This document shows, piece by piece, positions 36,165 to 48,612 of a stretch of 64,000 bases of DNA. The DNA lies in NCBI GenBank assembly GCA_028534125.1, contig CM052817.1, forward strand, positions 81,470,001 through 81,534,000, read 5' to 3'. Position 1 is the first letter of the stretch, and every line of letters starts with the position of its first letter. A model generated the notes under the pieces. It was not told the DNA's origin. It worked only from the letters and a program-made list of their open reading frames with translations, and did no database searches. Position numbers and translations under genes: made by a program. The DNA comes from Lama glama (Eukaryota).

Positions 36165-37690
36165 CACCATATTATTGTGTTTAACGTACATCTTTTTCTT
36201 TCCCCCATGTATGTTTTTACAGAATATGTGTGTTTGTTTTGTGTGCAAGTATTTTGATTTTTTTGAATGTTATCATAAGATAGATCTCATTTTCTTTTCA
36301 TCTAAGCACAACGTTTTTGATAGTCATTCCTGTTGCAATCTACACATTGATCTGTTACTTCTATTCGTTGTGTAAACTCCTGTTCATCCAGACATTTTGT
36401 TTGTTTTTTTTTCTCCTAGTGACAGGCACCCAGGTTGCCTCTAACTCCCAGCTGCTATATATAATGCTGTGATAAACATCCTGGCAGGTTGTCTTTGCCT
36501 ACTTGTGTGCAAATTTCTTTGAGTTTATAGGAGCAGAAAGACTCTATCATAGGTTATGTCTACACTTTATTGGCCTAAGTATTGACAGATTCTCTCCAGC
36601 AAGGCTGTGCCAGCCCATCCTCCCACTAGCAATGTATGAGGTTCTTATATCACCACATTTCTCCAACAGTTGAAATTATCCAGCTCTCTGTTTTTTTCTG
36701 TGTACTATTTTTAAATGACAGCTATTTTTAATATACATGTTTCTGATTGCAACTGATTTTGAAGGGCACTTTTTTGCATGTTGCCCTTTTGTGTTCCCTT
36801 GATTGTGAATTGCCTGCTCATAGCTGTTACTACTTTTCTACGAGGTTTACTGCCTTTTCTTGTTTTTCAGAAGCTCCTTGTATATCTGGAAATTAGTCAC
36901 TTGTTTGTTTCAGATATTAAAAATATCTTGATCCATTCTTTTGTTGGTGTGTTCATTTTCCCTGGTGTCTTTCCTTGAAAGGATAACTTTATTTTAGTCT
37001 AATGAAATAATTGCTTTCTTGCCTTATGTGCTTTTGAAATTTTATTTAAGAATACTTTCACTGCTGCTAAGTCATAAGGACATTTATCTGAATTTCTTGT
37101 GTGTATTTCCTTTTCTCACTTCAATATTTCTCTTGCCTAGAATGCTCCCTCACATGTAGTGTTAGATTGGATTCTTATTTTATTTTTCTTTGTGTAGGGA
37201 GCGTTTTCCCACCTCTCTTCCCAGCCCCCAGACTCTTCTACATGATGTGTCCTTCTTGCATTGATGTGTGATGTCATTTTTCTCTTACAGTAAGTTGTTA
37301 TATATACAATGATATATTTCTAAATGACTCTCTTCCAATAATATACCTTTCTGTTCTTATTCTAGTTTTTAAAAAGGTTGATTTAGTTATTGACAGAATG
37401 GTATTCTTTTGTATAAACATTTCAATAAGTATCTTGTTGTTTAAAAACATTAACTCAAATTCTTATTTAGATTATACTGAATGTGCATTTTGATTTGGGT
37501 GGAATTGATATCTCTCCAATTTTTAAATCAAGAACGTGAAATGCCATTCATTTATTCAGAGCACCATCTTTGATTTTACATTAAAAAGATCTTTCTGATG
37601 GAGTTTTCATATATCTTTCTGTAAGTTAATTTGTAAAAACTATGTATTTTGTTGTTATTGGGAACAATATCTTAATTATTACTACACTTC
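36165..37690 (-). mobile_element. Ancient L1 (L1ME-like) 3' UTR / ORF2 end; a further piece at ~35210-35345
   Basis: 'ataatgctgtgataaacatcc', 'cctcccactagcaatgtatgag', 'caccacatttctccaacagttg'; strong T skew. Confidence 0.8.
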
Positions 37691-37694
37691 TGGT

Positions 37695-38073
37695 TAGTGA
37701 ACTGGTCAGCGTTTGCTACATCAGAGACAACTGAAAAACATCTTAGCGCATATAGCAGTAAGTATTTTTATTCGTGTGTATGTTGATTGGCTTGAGTGAC
37801 TCACTCAGTGGTGGGGCAGGGGCTCCCTAGGTTGCAGGCTTCGTTTGGTGGGAGTTAGAAGCTCCCAGATGGGTAAGTGGAAACAAGCAATGCTCACAAC
37901 TGTTATAGACACTGTCACACACACTGTCACACACACTGTCACATCTGCCCATATTTTATTGGCCAAAGCACATGGTCTAGCCCAATATGAATGTAATGGG
38001 AACGTGTACTTCTCCCATGAAAGTCGTTCAGTGGGAGTGAAAATTTGCTAAATGGTAATACTGAATCAAATAC
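37695..38073 (-). mobile_element. Old MaLR LTR (MLT1I/J-like) with an internal ACACTGTCACAC tandem (about 3 copies)
   Basis: 'gtcacatctgcccatattttattggccaaagcacatggtctagccca', 'gggagtgaaaatttgctaa'. Confidence 0.7.
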
Positions 38074-40559
38074 AGTTATTCAATTTGTCTTCTAAATCAG
38101 TAAAATAAGTTGAAATCATCATGCTGTTAATTTAATAAAAAGATCCTTTGAAGGAAAGTGTTTAATTTTTGATTAAGGAAATTTCTGAATTATATACATA
38201 AATTAAATGTGTTAAGTTTAATTAACTGATTCTTAGCTCTATTCCAAAAGTATTTTCATTTTTAAACATAATATTATTGAACAGTGAGGCATGTTAGATT
38301 ATAGAGAAGAAAATTTATGAACTGTTAATTGTGATGTAGTTGTACATAAGAGCTTGAAATCATTATTTTAATATTTGCTGCATATTTAAGGATATTTGTC
38401 ACTGTATATGGTATTCAATTTTATATATATATATTTTTTTCTTTTTTTGGTGGGAGGGGATGAGTAAACATATCTATTATCCAATCAAGGACTCAAAAAC
38501 CCAAGGCTTTCTCGATTTGGTATTAGGCAGCTTAATAAGACAGTACTATGCCATATATTCTCATGTGTCTCAGAAAGTCTATATATTGCTAGTTATAAAG
38601 TGAGTACTTTATTTTAAATTAAATTAAAATACCTTAGATAAATCATAATCTTATTAAAACAAAAAATACCAAATCTTCTTCAATTTGATGTAATAAAATT
38701 ATCTTTTTAAAAAGTCTCAATGGTAGATAGTATCTTCTAACTTTATTGTATATTTAATATACTGTTGCTTCTTAAATACTGTTCCATAGGAAATTCAATG
38801 CAAGTTTTATTTGATAAATCATTGAACCAAATTCCTTGAAGCAATCTTATTTATTGTCCTTATGCTGAACTTTAAGATAATTAATTATTTTATTGAGCTA
38901 TATATTGGTGTTTAAAGTCTTTGGCTGGAAAAATATTCTATGTTATTTATTTTATTTTTATTTGTCTTACTTGTCTTTATAGACATAATTTTATTTGTGA
39001 GCTTTAGAAATATTCTAGATCCAGATAAAAATGTATTTGGTAATATATTTCAGTATATTATATAGAGAATTAAGAGGTGTTTCATGTATACTTTATATAT
39101 TATATACAAAGGCATAATCAGAACCATTTAAGCATTACTTATTTATAGATCATGTACGAGAGCATTATATGCTTGAATGGTACTTAATAATGTCTTCGTG
39201 TAGAGAAGATCAGTGAAAAAACCTTAAAACAATAGCAAACAATTCTAGAAATACAAGCATAGCCTTGAACAACAGTGAAGAAATCTGTCTTAGAACTGTC
39301 AGTTGATTTTTAGCAATAATTTGGGGAACACTGAAGATATAATCTGAATTCATATGTTTTTAGTTAACTGAAGCATAAATAAAAGCACAAAATCTGGAAA
39401 CTGGATTAATTTGTTAATAGTAATTCTAGCCTGCCGAATTCAAAATGCCCCAGACTCTTTCCTGACATTGAGATTTTGTACTTCCAAAGTCCCATCTGCT
39501 GAGGCAAATGCGCAATCAATGTTCCTAAATCTGTTGTCTTTAATCTGGTAACATGAAAGGGAGAACTGGGGGATGTGAGGTCCATGGCTAAAGACTTATA
39601 ACCTCGTGGAGGTCATCTTCTCCAATAGTATGTTATTAAAAAAAAAATCCCTCTCATTGTCATATTGCTCAACAGTGCTGAAGATTAATATGGTTCAATC
39701 TTAATAGTACATATTTATTTTACACTTGAAAAAGATGTTATTACAATCCTTTGATGGCATTGCTCTCCAGAGAATAAAATTCTGTGCTGTTCATTATCTT
39801 TGATGGCTTTCATTTTTCCTAAGAACGGTAATGTTTGATGACAATGAATGGCCATAACACTAGAGACCAAAAATCTGTCTGTCTATTGAAGGGACATGAA
39901 TGAACCCGGGTTAAAAGGCTATATGTTAGATTGTCTCCAGTTTTGTTCTTTAGTATTCCTTCTTTATGTTTCCACAAGATTTAATACCAAATTGAAATCT
40001 AGATAATGATAAACAATTGTTTCCCATAAAAAATTCTGTCGTTGTGTCTTCTAGCTTGTGCTAAGGCGCGCAAACAACAGCACATCTTGAAGTTTTATAT
40101 ATTTTTCTGTGGAAACACGTGACTTTAATTCACATGTACCTTTGAAATGTTGCCACTGTTTGTGTACGTCATCAGTAGCATTCCAAATAGAGCATAAAAT
40201 TATAGTATTTCTGTTTTATTATTATTGGCAGGATTAGAGATGAAATATAAAAAAAATAGTGTAAATGTGCTATACGTGGGAGTTATTGCAATAGAACCAG
40301 CTTTACAGATTGTTCACAAAACAATTCTCTTTAAACTTGCAAAATAGTGTTGTTTATTGTTTCTCAATCTTATGTGCTTTATGAATAGCTATGATTTCTT
40401 TCCCTTTGCTTAGAAGCAGTCCAAGCTGAAATTGGCTTTGTTTCCATGCTTCAAAATGAATTCCGCTGAATGGAATATAAATTGAATTGCTGTCAGGAAT
40501 AAAATCACTCAGCTGCCATGAATCGCAACTTGAGATTTCAAAGAGTGAAATATTCTAAT

Positions 40560-40564
<5 letters not shown>

Positions 40565-40610
<46 letters not shown>
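40565..40610. repeat. (TG)23 microsatellite
   Basis: Perfect TG run. Confidence 0.98.
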
Positions 40611-40612
<2 letters not shown>

Positions 40613-40849
40613 CTACCATGTGCTCCTGCTTATATACCAGAAGGAGGCATAATACATTGCTACTGAACTTTGAAATTCACTTGGAGTTCCAATTTTGCTG
40701 AAGTGAAGGATAAGTTTTACCTTTGCCATGACTAATTTTGACAGTCAGAGATAGTAGTGCATCATATTTTATGAGTCTCCTTTCTCCATTTATTTCCTAA
40801 GCTTTAGTATAAAAAATATTATAGTACTGTATTGTGTTATTTTCAAATA

Positions 40850-42670
40850 TTTAACATATTTGGAAGTCTTTTTTCTCTGACATTTATAAGTTTTTTTTTA
40901 TTTCTCTTTGGTTTGGAGATGATACACCTAGACTTCTTTTTGTCATTCTTGTTTGTTTTGATATTTATCCTATTTGTATCCTCTGAAATCCTGGGATCTG
41001 GGGTGTAGTATCTGTCATTAATTTTTGGAAAATTGACAGCCATAATTTTTTCAAATATTATTTTCCCACCTTGTTCTCTCTTTCTTCTCCTTCTGAGACT
41101 CCACATATATTAGGTCACTTGATATTATCCCACTGGTCTTGGATGATCTCTTCTTCTTTTTTTAAATTTCACTGTTTTGTATGTGTGTGTATGCTTTGCT
41201 TTGATAGATTTGTTGACCTATTTTCAAGTTTATTAATTCCTCAGCTAAGCCAAGCTACTGATGTGCCTGTCAAAAACATCTTTCATCTTTCTTACTTTGT
41301 TTTTTTATTCTAGCATTTTCATTTGATACTTTCTTACAGTTTTCATCTCTGCTGAAATTACTCACTTAATCATCCATTTTGTCCATCTTTTCTATTATAT
41401 TAATAGCAGGCCTTATCTTATTAGCAGTTATTTTAAATTCTGTGTCTAATGTTTCCAGTATCTGTGGCATAGCAGAGTCTGGTCTTGATAATTGCTTTGC
41501 CTCTCAACAATGTGTCCTTGCTTTCTTGATTCTTTGCCCATCTTGTAACTTTTTGATGAAACCTGGAGTTTAATGCAAGACAGTAGAGATGGAGGTAACT
41601 AATTTGTAATCCTCTTTCTTCTGTGGACCATTCTTGGAGTATTTAGGAAATTTAATCAGTTGAGCTGGGTTGTTGTTTCTCTTTATTGCTTCTATGGTTA
41701 TTCTCAGTGTACCACGCACTTCAAATTTCTCTAGCATTACCTTATGTTTGAAGTGGGACTGGTTTTCTGAGATATTTTCTTGATATATTTTCCATTCACA
41801 TCTTTAAGTCTTTCCTTTACTTCATGCTTCAGAGAAATTTTTTCTAGATGCTTTTGCTCCCCTCCCAGTAGTAAACTACTGTTACTTGATATTTGACTCC
41901 TGTTAACTTGTGCCAAAGAGTTTGTATGAGTGGTGGTGGTAGATGAGTTGTTCTCTGTGGTTCTGACTAACTTAAGCCTTAGACAGGCACCATGTACCTG
42001 TCATTGATGGTGAGCCTTCTCGGTGATTCTACCCCATCTCAAACTGCAAGTCTTGGTCCAACATGTATTCCTGCCCCTCTCCCAGGGATAAAAAGGACTT
42101 GACTCTTCCTTTTCCTGAGCTGCAGTGTTTTTTCACCAGGGGCCTAAGGGACAGTGTATTTGTCCTTCTCCCAGTGGTTGAAGGCCTTTGATTTATAGCA
42201 GGGGTAGACAAAGGTGCAGACGAGCTTGTGCCTTTCCTAAAGTGGCCGTTTGCTCCTCTCCCCTAAGCCTGCATCACAGGATGCTTTCTCAGGATAGTCA
42301 CCCACCCCCCAGCTCTTCCTGTGAGTGTCCAGTGAGAACTTCAGCAGTGCGTGTGAATTCCTCTTTTATCTACTGTTTCCAGAAGTTCAATATTCTCTCA
42401 ATCACTTGCACTTTGCCATTAGTATTTTATTAAAATTTTAGCTAAATTCTTCACTCTGGGTCCAGTGCTATATGCCTTAGGTAAGCAAGGGCTCATGTCT
42501 CATTGCTCATTTGAGACACTTGTCTTTCTTAAGATTTTAGCTTAGTTTGTTGACTTGTGACCTAAGCTCTTTGAGAAAAGTTGTAATTTGAAGGTTATTT
42601 GTTATTAGTTTTGCTGAAATAGTGGGAATGTTGCTCTTTCCACCTTTCTAAATCCCAAGCAGAAGCCAAG
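40850..42670 (-). mobile_element. Old L1 5' region plus ORF1
   Basis: ORF 40843-41106 (-) 'KIIFEKIMAVNFPKI..DPRISEDTNRINIK' resembles L1 ORF1p; 'tctagcattttcatttga..catctctgctgaaattactc', 'gagtctggtcttgataattgctttg'. Confidence 0.85.
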
Positions 42671-44094
42671 TGTCCAAACTCAAGGATTTTTTTTAAATTA
42701 GATCTAATGTGTTCTTGTAAGAAAAAGAAACCCTCTTCTCCATCTAAAAATGTTTCTCTCTTTGGCCATAATAATACTGCCTACTCTTAACTGAGTATTG
42801 ACCTGTGTCAGGCATTTTCTATATAATATCTCCTTTAATTACTTCTGATACCCTATGATGCAAGTTTACAGTGTAATATCATCTTTATTTGCATCGTTAT
42901 AGTATCTCTACCATTGCCCAAGAATCATTTCCTGCAAGACTAGAAATACAAAGGAGATACAAATAGATCTCCTGGGCTTGAACGCTATGGATACGAATTC
43001 TCCCGTATATACATTTTATATGTAACATCTCCTAACATGCCATAAGAAATGCAAATCAAATTTTATACAGTGTTTTCCTCAGATTCTCACATGGGAAGCG
43101 AATTCAATCCTTAATTATTTTATGAATTTCAGAGTCAATTACCTTGTTAGTAAAATAAAGTATTACTATCTTGACAAAGTAATTTTGAATACCAAATGGT
43201 AAATAACAAGAAAAAAAATCTCTCCTTAAAATTCTTAGTCTATAGTTTACAATAAAACTTTGTTAACTGAATTGTAAAACACTTATTTTTTATATCAAAC
43301 AAGTAAACTTTTTGAAGAAGACGAACTCAGTTAATGTTTTACAACTTATTTCATTGGAATTAAAATGCAATCTAAAATAAACTTTAGAGCATTTGTGAGA
43401 ATTTAATAAGCAAACACATTTATGACGGCCAGAGTTCCCTACGGCTCAGATTATTATTGCTTATTTGAGATTAATGTCCATCAAATGAGAGCTTTCTGTA
43501 GGATAGCTAGAATTATTTTCACCTACAGAGAAACTGGAAAATTTATTATGTTTATACATTTAATAGTGCCTCACGATATGATCTGTTTTAGTTTAGTTGC
43601 TGTTTTTTTTTTTTTAAACACATGGTTAGAAAAAACTGACTGGAAATATTTCTAATTATTTTTTATAGCACAGTGTTGGATTGTGCATTCTTTTGCTTGT
43701 TGGGACAGCATAGAATTAGTGTTTTGCTGTGTTTCGTTTTGTTTTATAGAAGGACTCCAGGCAGATAGTTAGATGAATATATGAGCAATCAGGTGTGAGA
43801 AAAGTCTCCATTATTTTCCCAACACTCTCAATAAACTCTTTATTCAGTGTAACAAGGAGGGAGAAAATGAAAAAATGTTTCTTTATTATTTTTGGATTTT
43901 AGGTAGACTCTACCTTGGCATGAATGTTGCACTGTTATAATGTAAAAGAACAACTCCCAGCTTGATTTATGTATTTGGCTACTCTACTTTCTTCCTCTAG
44001 TAGATTATTAACTTTAGGTCCCACTTTTTTTCCCCCTTCTTTTTCCTATTTCCCTGAGACTGGCTGGGTTTTTCTGACCCGCAGTTAGTATCTG

Positions 44095-44545
44095 TTGTAG
44101 GATGAGTTCTCCAGAAGTGAATTCTGAGATGGAGGTTATCATACAAGAGGAGATGTATTAAAGGTGCTCCTGGAACCAACCGTTGTGGAAAGGAGGAGGA
44201 GGAAAGAGGATTGGACAGAGGAGAAAGTGGACTGTGCTGTGGTCTCCACAAAGTCCTCAGCGAATCCCATGGAGAGATCTGAATTTTGAACCATCATCCT
44301 TCAGAGTTGTCATGAATTGGAGAGAGATATTCAGCTTTATATTCCCATGTTGATTAATCTTTGAATGTGAGCCACCCGGGGAAGTCAGCTTGCCTTGGGT
44401 GAAGCAGATCTCTTTAACAAAGCACTTCCAGATTAGGGCCGACAGTTGAGGGGTCTCTGCATGGCGCACTCCCAGAAGGTGAAGAGTAAGTCCTTCTTTC
44501 GAAAAGGGAGGTAGCTAACAGTCAAAGCATGCATAAGATTCACAC
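44095..44545 (-). mobile_element. LTR16-like ERVL LTR (3' LTR of a decayed provirus)
   Basis: 'gttctccagaagtgaattctgagatggag', 'ggattggacagaggagaaagtggactgtg', 'ccttcagagttgtc', 'ccttgggtgaagcagatctct'. Confidence 0.8.
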
Positions 44546-46030
44546 CACTCAGAATCACATCTTTGTATGAAATTTGGGAGCAGCTTTTTCAGGTTTCTGG
44601 GAGCTCTTTGCAAAATTGGTGAGAGGAACTATAGCTCCCACCACTGTAGTTGGTCTATGGGCCACAACTAATGCTCATTGTCTCCCTTATCTACTAATCT
44701 TTTTAGATTTCTTTGATCTTAGGCTAACATTTCTCCTGTTCTTGGTGGCTTACATGGTGATATGACCCAGATTCTCATCCTCGAAAAGTCTGAGCCTGGT
44801 AAACAATGTGTTTTTCTGAATCATGACTGCTGCATGTTTTTCTATTTACCATAAAAGTTGTAGACAGATTGTGATGAGGTACCCAAGTAGACTACCTTGG
44901 TTGAAACATATTTCTCCCAGGTCCCATTGTGTAACAACATCCCTACCTGGTGATCAGTGTCAAGTATCCTTTCTAAGATGGTGAGTCGTCCTCTTCTTGG
45001 TTCCTGGTCTCTTGGCACAAGGAGTCCAAAGTGACTCCATTGCAACTGATCTTTATAGTTAAATGGAACTGTTTTTGTGTCCCCCAATTGCAATATTCTC
45101 TCTTCGGGAACCAGAACGTCTAAACCCTCACAGTTCAGAGCTGTAGGAGTGGAAAGCACAAATTCCCAATAGGATCTCTTCTTCCTACCATTTAGATTCT
45201 GGGTCCAGGTACTCCACCAGTTGAAGACGCAGCACCACGTAAAAGTCATTGATTTAGAATGCGCTCTGCTTCCTGGAAGACAAGAAATCCTCCCAAGGTA
45301 CCTTCTCCAAGCTGGCTCTTCAGCTGTGTTTTTACTGTCTCTTTCTGTTATCTTCATAGGCCAGAGGTTTCTGGGTCGTATGGTATGTAACACAACCAGT
45401 GAACCTCATGGCTGAGCTCATACCAGCACTTCCTTTGCTATGAAGTTGTACCCTGTGCTGGTAAATTATAGTCTTTAAACCCTGGGAAAACATTGTTGAC
45501 TGAGACACTGTAGTTAGAAAGTGCAAATCCATAATGAGAATATGAGTTTCTTCTTACCAAAAATCAATCTCTGCTGCTTCCTTCCTAGAAAGTATTCAGT
45601 GTACTCAGTTTCCCACTATGTGGCTAACTGGTGACCTTGAAGGTCTGGGCTGCATGAGGACTCCTCATTGGTCTCCATCACTGGTGTCTGACCATTCTGC
45701 AGTGGCAGTGGTTCCTACACCACTGTAAGTGGGAGCCAGGGCGATTTGACCCTTTGTGGCCTCCATCCCCGCCACTGTGATTATTCTAGTCACACAACTG
45801 TTGTTCAATCGCTGGGATGGCTGATGACCAGGGGTAGCTAAGGTCACTGGTTGGTAGTTTTGTCTACTCATTTTTTTAATGCCTGTTTTCTTTCCACACA
45901 GTGTGGATGACCAGCTGTACCACCTACAGCTCTGTCTTTTGAAAATATTTTTTCTCATAACTTTCTTCCATGATTATCTTGTTTCAAGTGCAAACTCTAG
46001 CCATTTCCATCTTGCATCCTTAACTGAGCC
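44546..46030 (-). mobile_element. ERV-L class internal region: degenerate integrase and dUTPase
   Basis: ORF 44842-45393 (-) 'GLDVLVPEERILQLGDTKTVPFNYK..HFGLLVP..TILERILDTDHQVGMLLHNG..EKYV' resembles ERV-L dUTPase; an alternate frame near 45340-45460 reads QGTTS...VHWLCYIPYDPETSGL, resembling the integrase core. Confidence 0.88.
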
Positions 46031-46109
46031 AAGCCATCCATGATTCATGATTGCTTTCTGCTTCCTCTGTCAGCTTCTCACAAGGGAACCCCTTCGTCAG
46101 TCATTAAAT

Positions 46110-46280
46110 ATAAGCTGCCTCTGGGCCTGTATTTGGGCAAAGTGGCTCAAACTGAGGCAATTTCCCAAAATGGCAAATATCTGATGAATGTCTGCCATCA
46201 GCACTCCCACAGCTGGGGAAATAAATCCTTCATTCTTGAAGAGAGATCTAGGTGGCTAAGATATAATATGTATTTGCAAC
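46110..46280 (-). mobile_element. Partial second LTR16-like LTR (putative 5' LTR)
   Basis: 'gcactcccacagctggggaaataaatccttcattcttgaagagagat' parallels 'gcactcccagaaggtgaagagtaagtccttctttcgaaaagggagg' in the 44.1-44.5 kb LTR. Confidence 0.7.
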
Positions 46281-46594
46281 TAGGATAATAATTTCCCAGG
46301 ATAAGAAGGTAGAAAATTTGACTATGTTTTATCCTAAAATGACAGGTGTCTTGATGCTTTGCCCCACTAAGCTTCCAACTCAAGAGATTAACAATGAACA
46401 ATTATCCTCAAACTATAATTACAATAAAATATAGAACACTGGGCCCTCTGGGCCAGAGCATTTCTGTATTAAAGTTCTTGCTTACCAAAAAATCAAATGC
46501 AAACTTCCATAGTTCAGACACCCCAAACTCTCAATAGTCTGGTCCCAATTGACTCTCCAACTAATTCCTCATTTATCTCAGCCACTTACTGTAT

Positions 46595-46765
46595 ATTCTT
46601 AGTGCCATCAATTTTATCCTCACCACAACCCTCTGAATTAGATTTTATTATCTACATTTTACAGACAGGGTGGAAAAGGCTTAGAGAGGTTCAGTAATTT
46701 GCCTGAGGCTACACATTTTTTTCTAGTGGCAGAACTGGGATGTCTACCATTCTTCATCACTCCAA
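46595..46765 (-). mobile_element. MIR SINE
   Basis: 'atcctcaccacaaccctctga..cattttacagacagg..aggcttagagaggttcagtaatttgcctgaggctacaca'. Confidence 0.85.
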
Positions 46766-47292
46766 ATTTTTATTCACATTGCCTTCCATGTTTGATAAAT
46801 ATGACTGACTTAGAAATGGATCTGTAGTCCAACCAATAAACAAAAATATTAAGCTGTAAAAATACCTTCCCCTAACTTATTAATTAATTTAGCTTTTTAT
46901 CCAAACTAACCAAATCAATCCATTCTGATAGTCTTTCAATAAACTAACCAATATGGAAAGTAAGTTTATGAATAGGTATTGATGTACTGTTTTTAAAGTT
47001 ACATAGTTCAGTAAACAGCTGTTTATTTCCTGCCTTTGACTTTATACAGTGAATGCAAAGTAAATTCCCTGCAGAATGTGTAGGCTCTGAGGTGCAGAAG
47101 GATAATAGAAAGAACAGGGATGTTTTTGTTTTTTAAATATTCTTTAATTGAATTTCTATTGTGATTTGAACTGATGACAGAACATACAATCTAATTTCTA
47201 AGAGGTTCATCTTTGAGAGGTTTAACCCCAGTCAGTTTATAACTCAGCACTGGTCTCCTCCTCCTCTGGGCGGCGCCCTGCGTTTAGGGTGG

Positions 47293-47649
47293 TTTATTAG
47301 CGTGCGAGGGCTACCTTAACGAAGTGTCACAAGCTGGGTGTTGTAAACCACAGACATTTATTTTCTCTGCCCTAGAGGCTAGAAGTCTGAGATCGAGGTG
47401 CCAGAGGGGTGAGTTTCTTATGAAGCCTCTCTCCTTAGCTCCCAGATAAGTGTCTTCATGTTCACAAGGTGCAATTCCTCTACGTCTGTGTCCAAATTTC
47501 CTCTTCTTATAAAGACATCTGTCATATTGGGTTAGGGCTCACTCCAATGACTTCACTTTAGTTTAATTACCTCTTAGAAACCCTGTGTCTAAATACAGTC
47601 ACACTCTGAGGTAATGGAGGTTAGGACTTCAACATTTCAACCCATAGCA
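47293..47649 (-). mobile_element. MLT1B-like MaLR solo LTR
   Basis: 'gaggctagaagtctgagatcgaggtg', 'aatttcctcttcttataaagacatc', 'aaatacagtcacactctgaggta..ggttaggacttcaacat..caacccatagca'. Confidence 0.9.
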
Positions 47650-48469
47650 GGAGGGGAGTGCTTGTGGAGGCCACAGCATTGGTTGGCAATGTTGGGCCTT
47701 GGTTGGCTTCTGGGTTCTCTGGCATGCCTTGAGGTGTATGTTGTCAAGCCTGGCCATTAGCCACTCTTTGAACACCAGTTGATCCACATGCTTTTCTGCT
47801 GACATCTTGTCTCACCATGAGACTGTTGGGTCTGGGTCTGTGGACTCTCCATCTCAGTTAACTTCTACATCCTTCTGGGATTTGAGAGGAGGTTTGAATC
47901 TTCTCCTACAGATGGCACAGGCTACAGGGAAGCCACTGACTCTGCCTTGGTTTTTCTCTTTCTGCAGTTCTCCAGGTAGCCTTTGCAGCCCTTCAACCCA
48001 GGGAGCTCCTTTAAGGCTGCGTTCCTGTGAGCAGGTACCAGATCCTTTTGCCTTAAAATCCCTGGACTTGTCTGCCCATTTATCATCTTCCTCTTGGAGT
48101 GAATATTGAACAGTTTCTTCTCAATTTTCCTCCTCTCCAATGTGCTCCTTTCTTCCTCATCTTGAAAGAATTTTTGCTCTTTATGTGTAAAGGCAGAAGA
48201 AGGAATGGGGTATTGAAGAACTAGTTCTCCCTAATTCAGAATTTTCTGTAATCTATTCTTTCTTTCATATGGACTATGACTTTTGAGTAAAAAACTAAGA
48301 ATTTGCTCCCCTTGGACTTCAGTTACTTGAAAATAAGGTTGCTTCATGTGTTTCAATTTGAATGGAGTGTCTTACTTAAAAGGATAGGAAAGGTTAAAAA
48401 ATATACATAGTTTAATATTGCCGAAAGATATTCCTCTACAAAATATCTATGAAAAGTCAGTAGTAGCAG

Positions 48470-48612
48470 CCAAGAGCCCCAGTGTCTAATTGCAGCTTTC
48501 CTAGTGAGTTTAGGCTTGGCACTTATTTTTTATGGACTTTAGTTACTCATCTATAAAATGAAGAGGTTGGTGTAGATAATGTTTGAAGTCCTTCCCAGAA
48601 TTAAAGTACTAT
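48470..48612 (+). mobile_element. MIR (MIR3/MIRc-like)
   Basis: 'ctttagttactcatctataaaatgaagaggttggtgtagataat..aagtccttcccag'. Confidence 0.7.
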
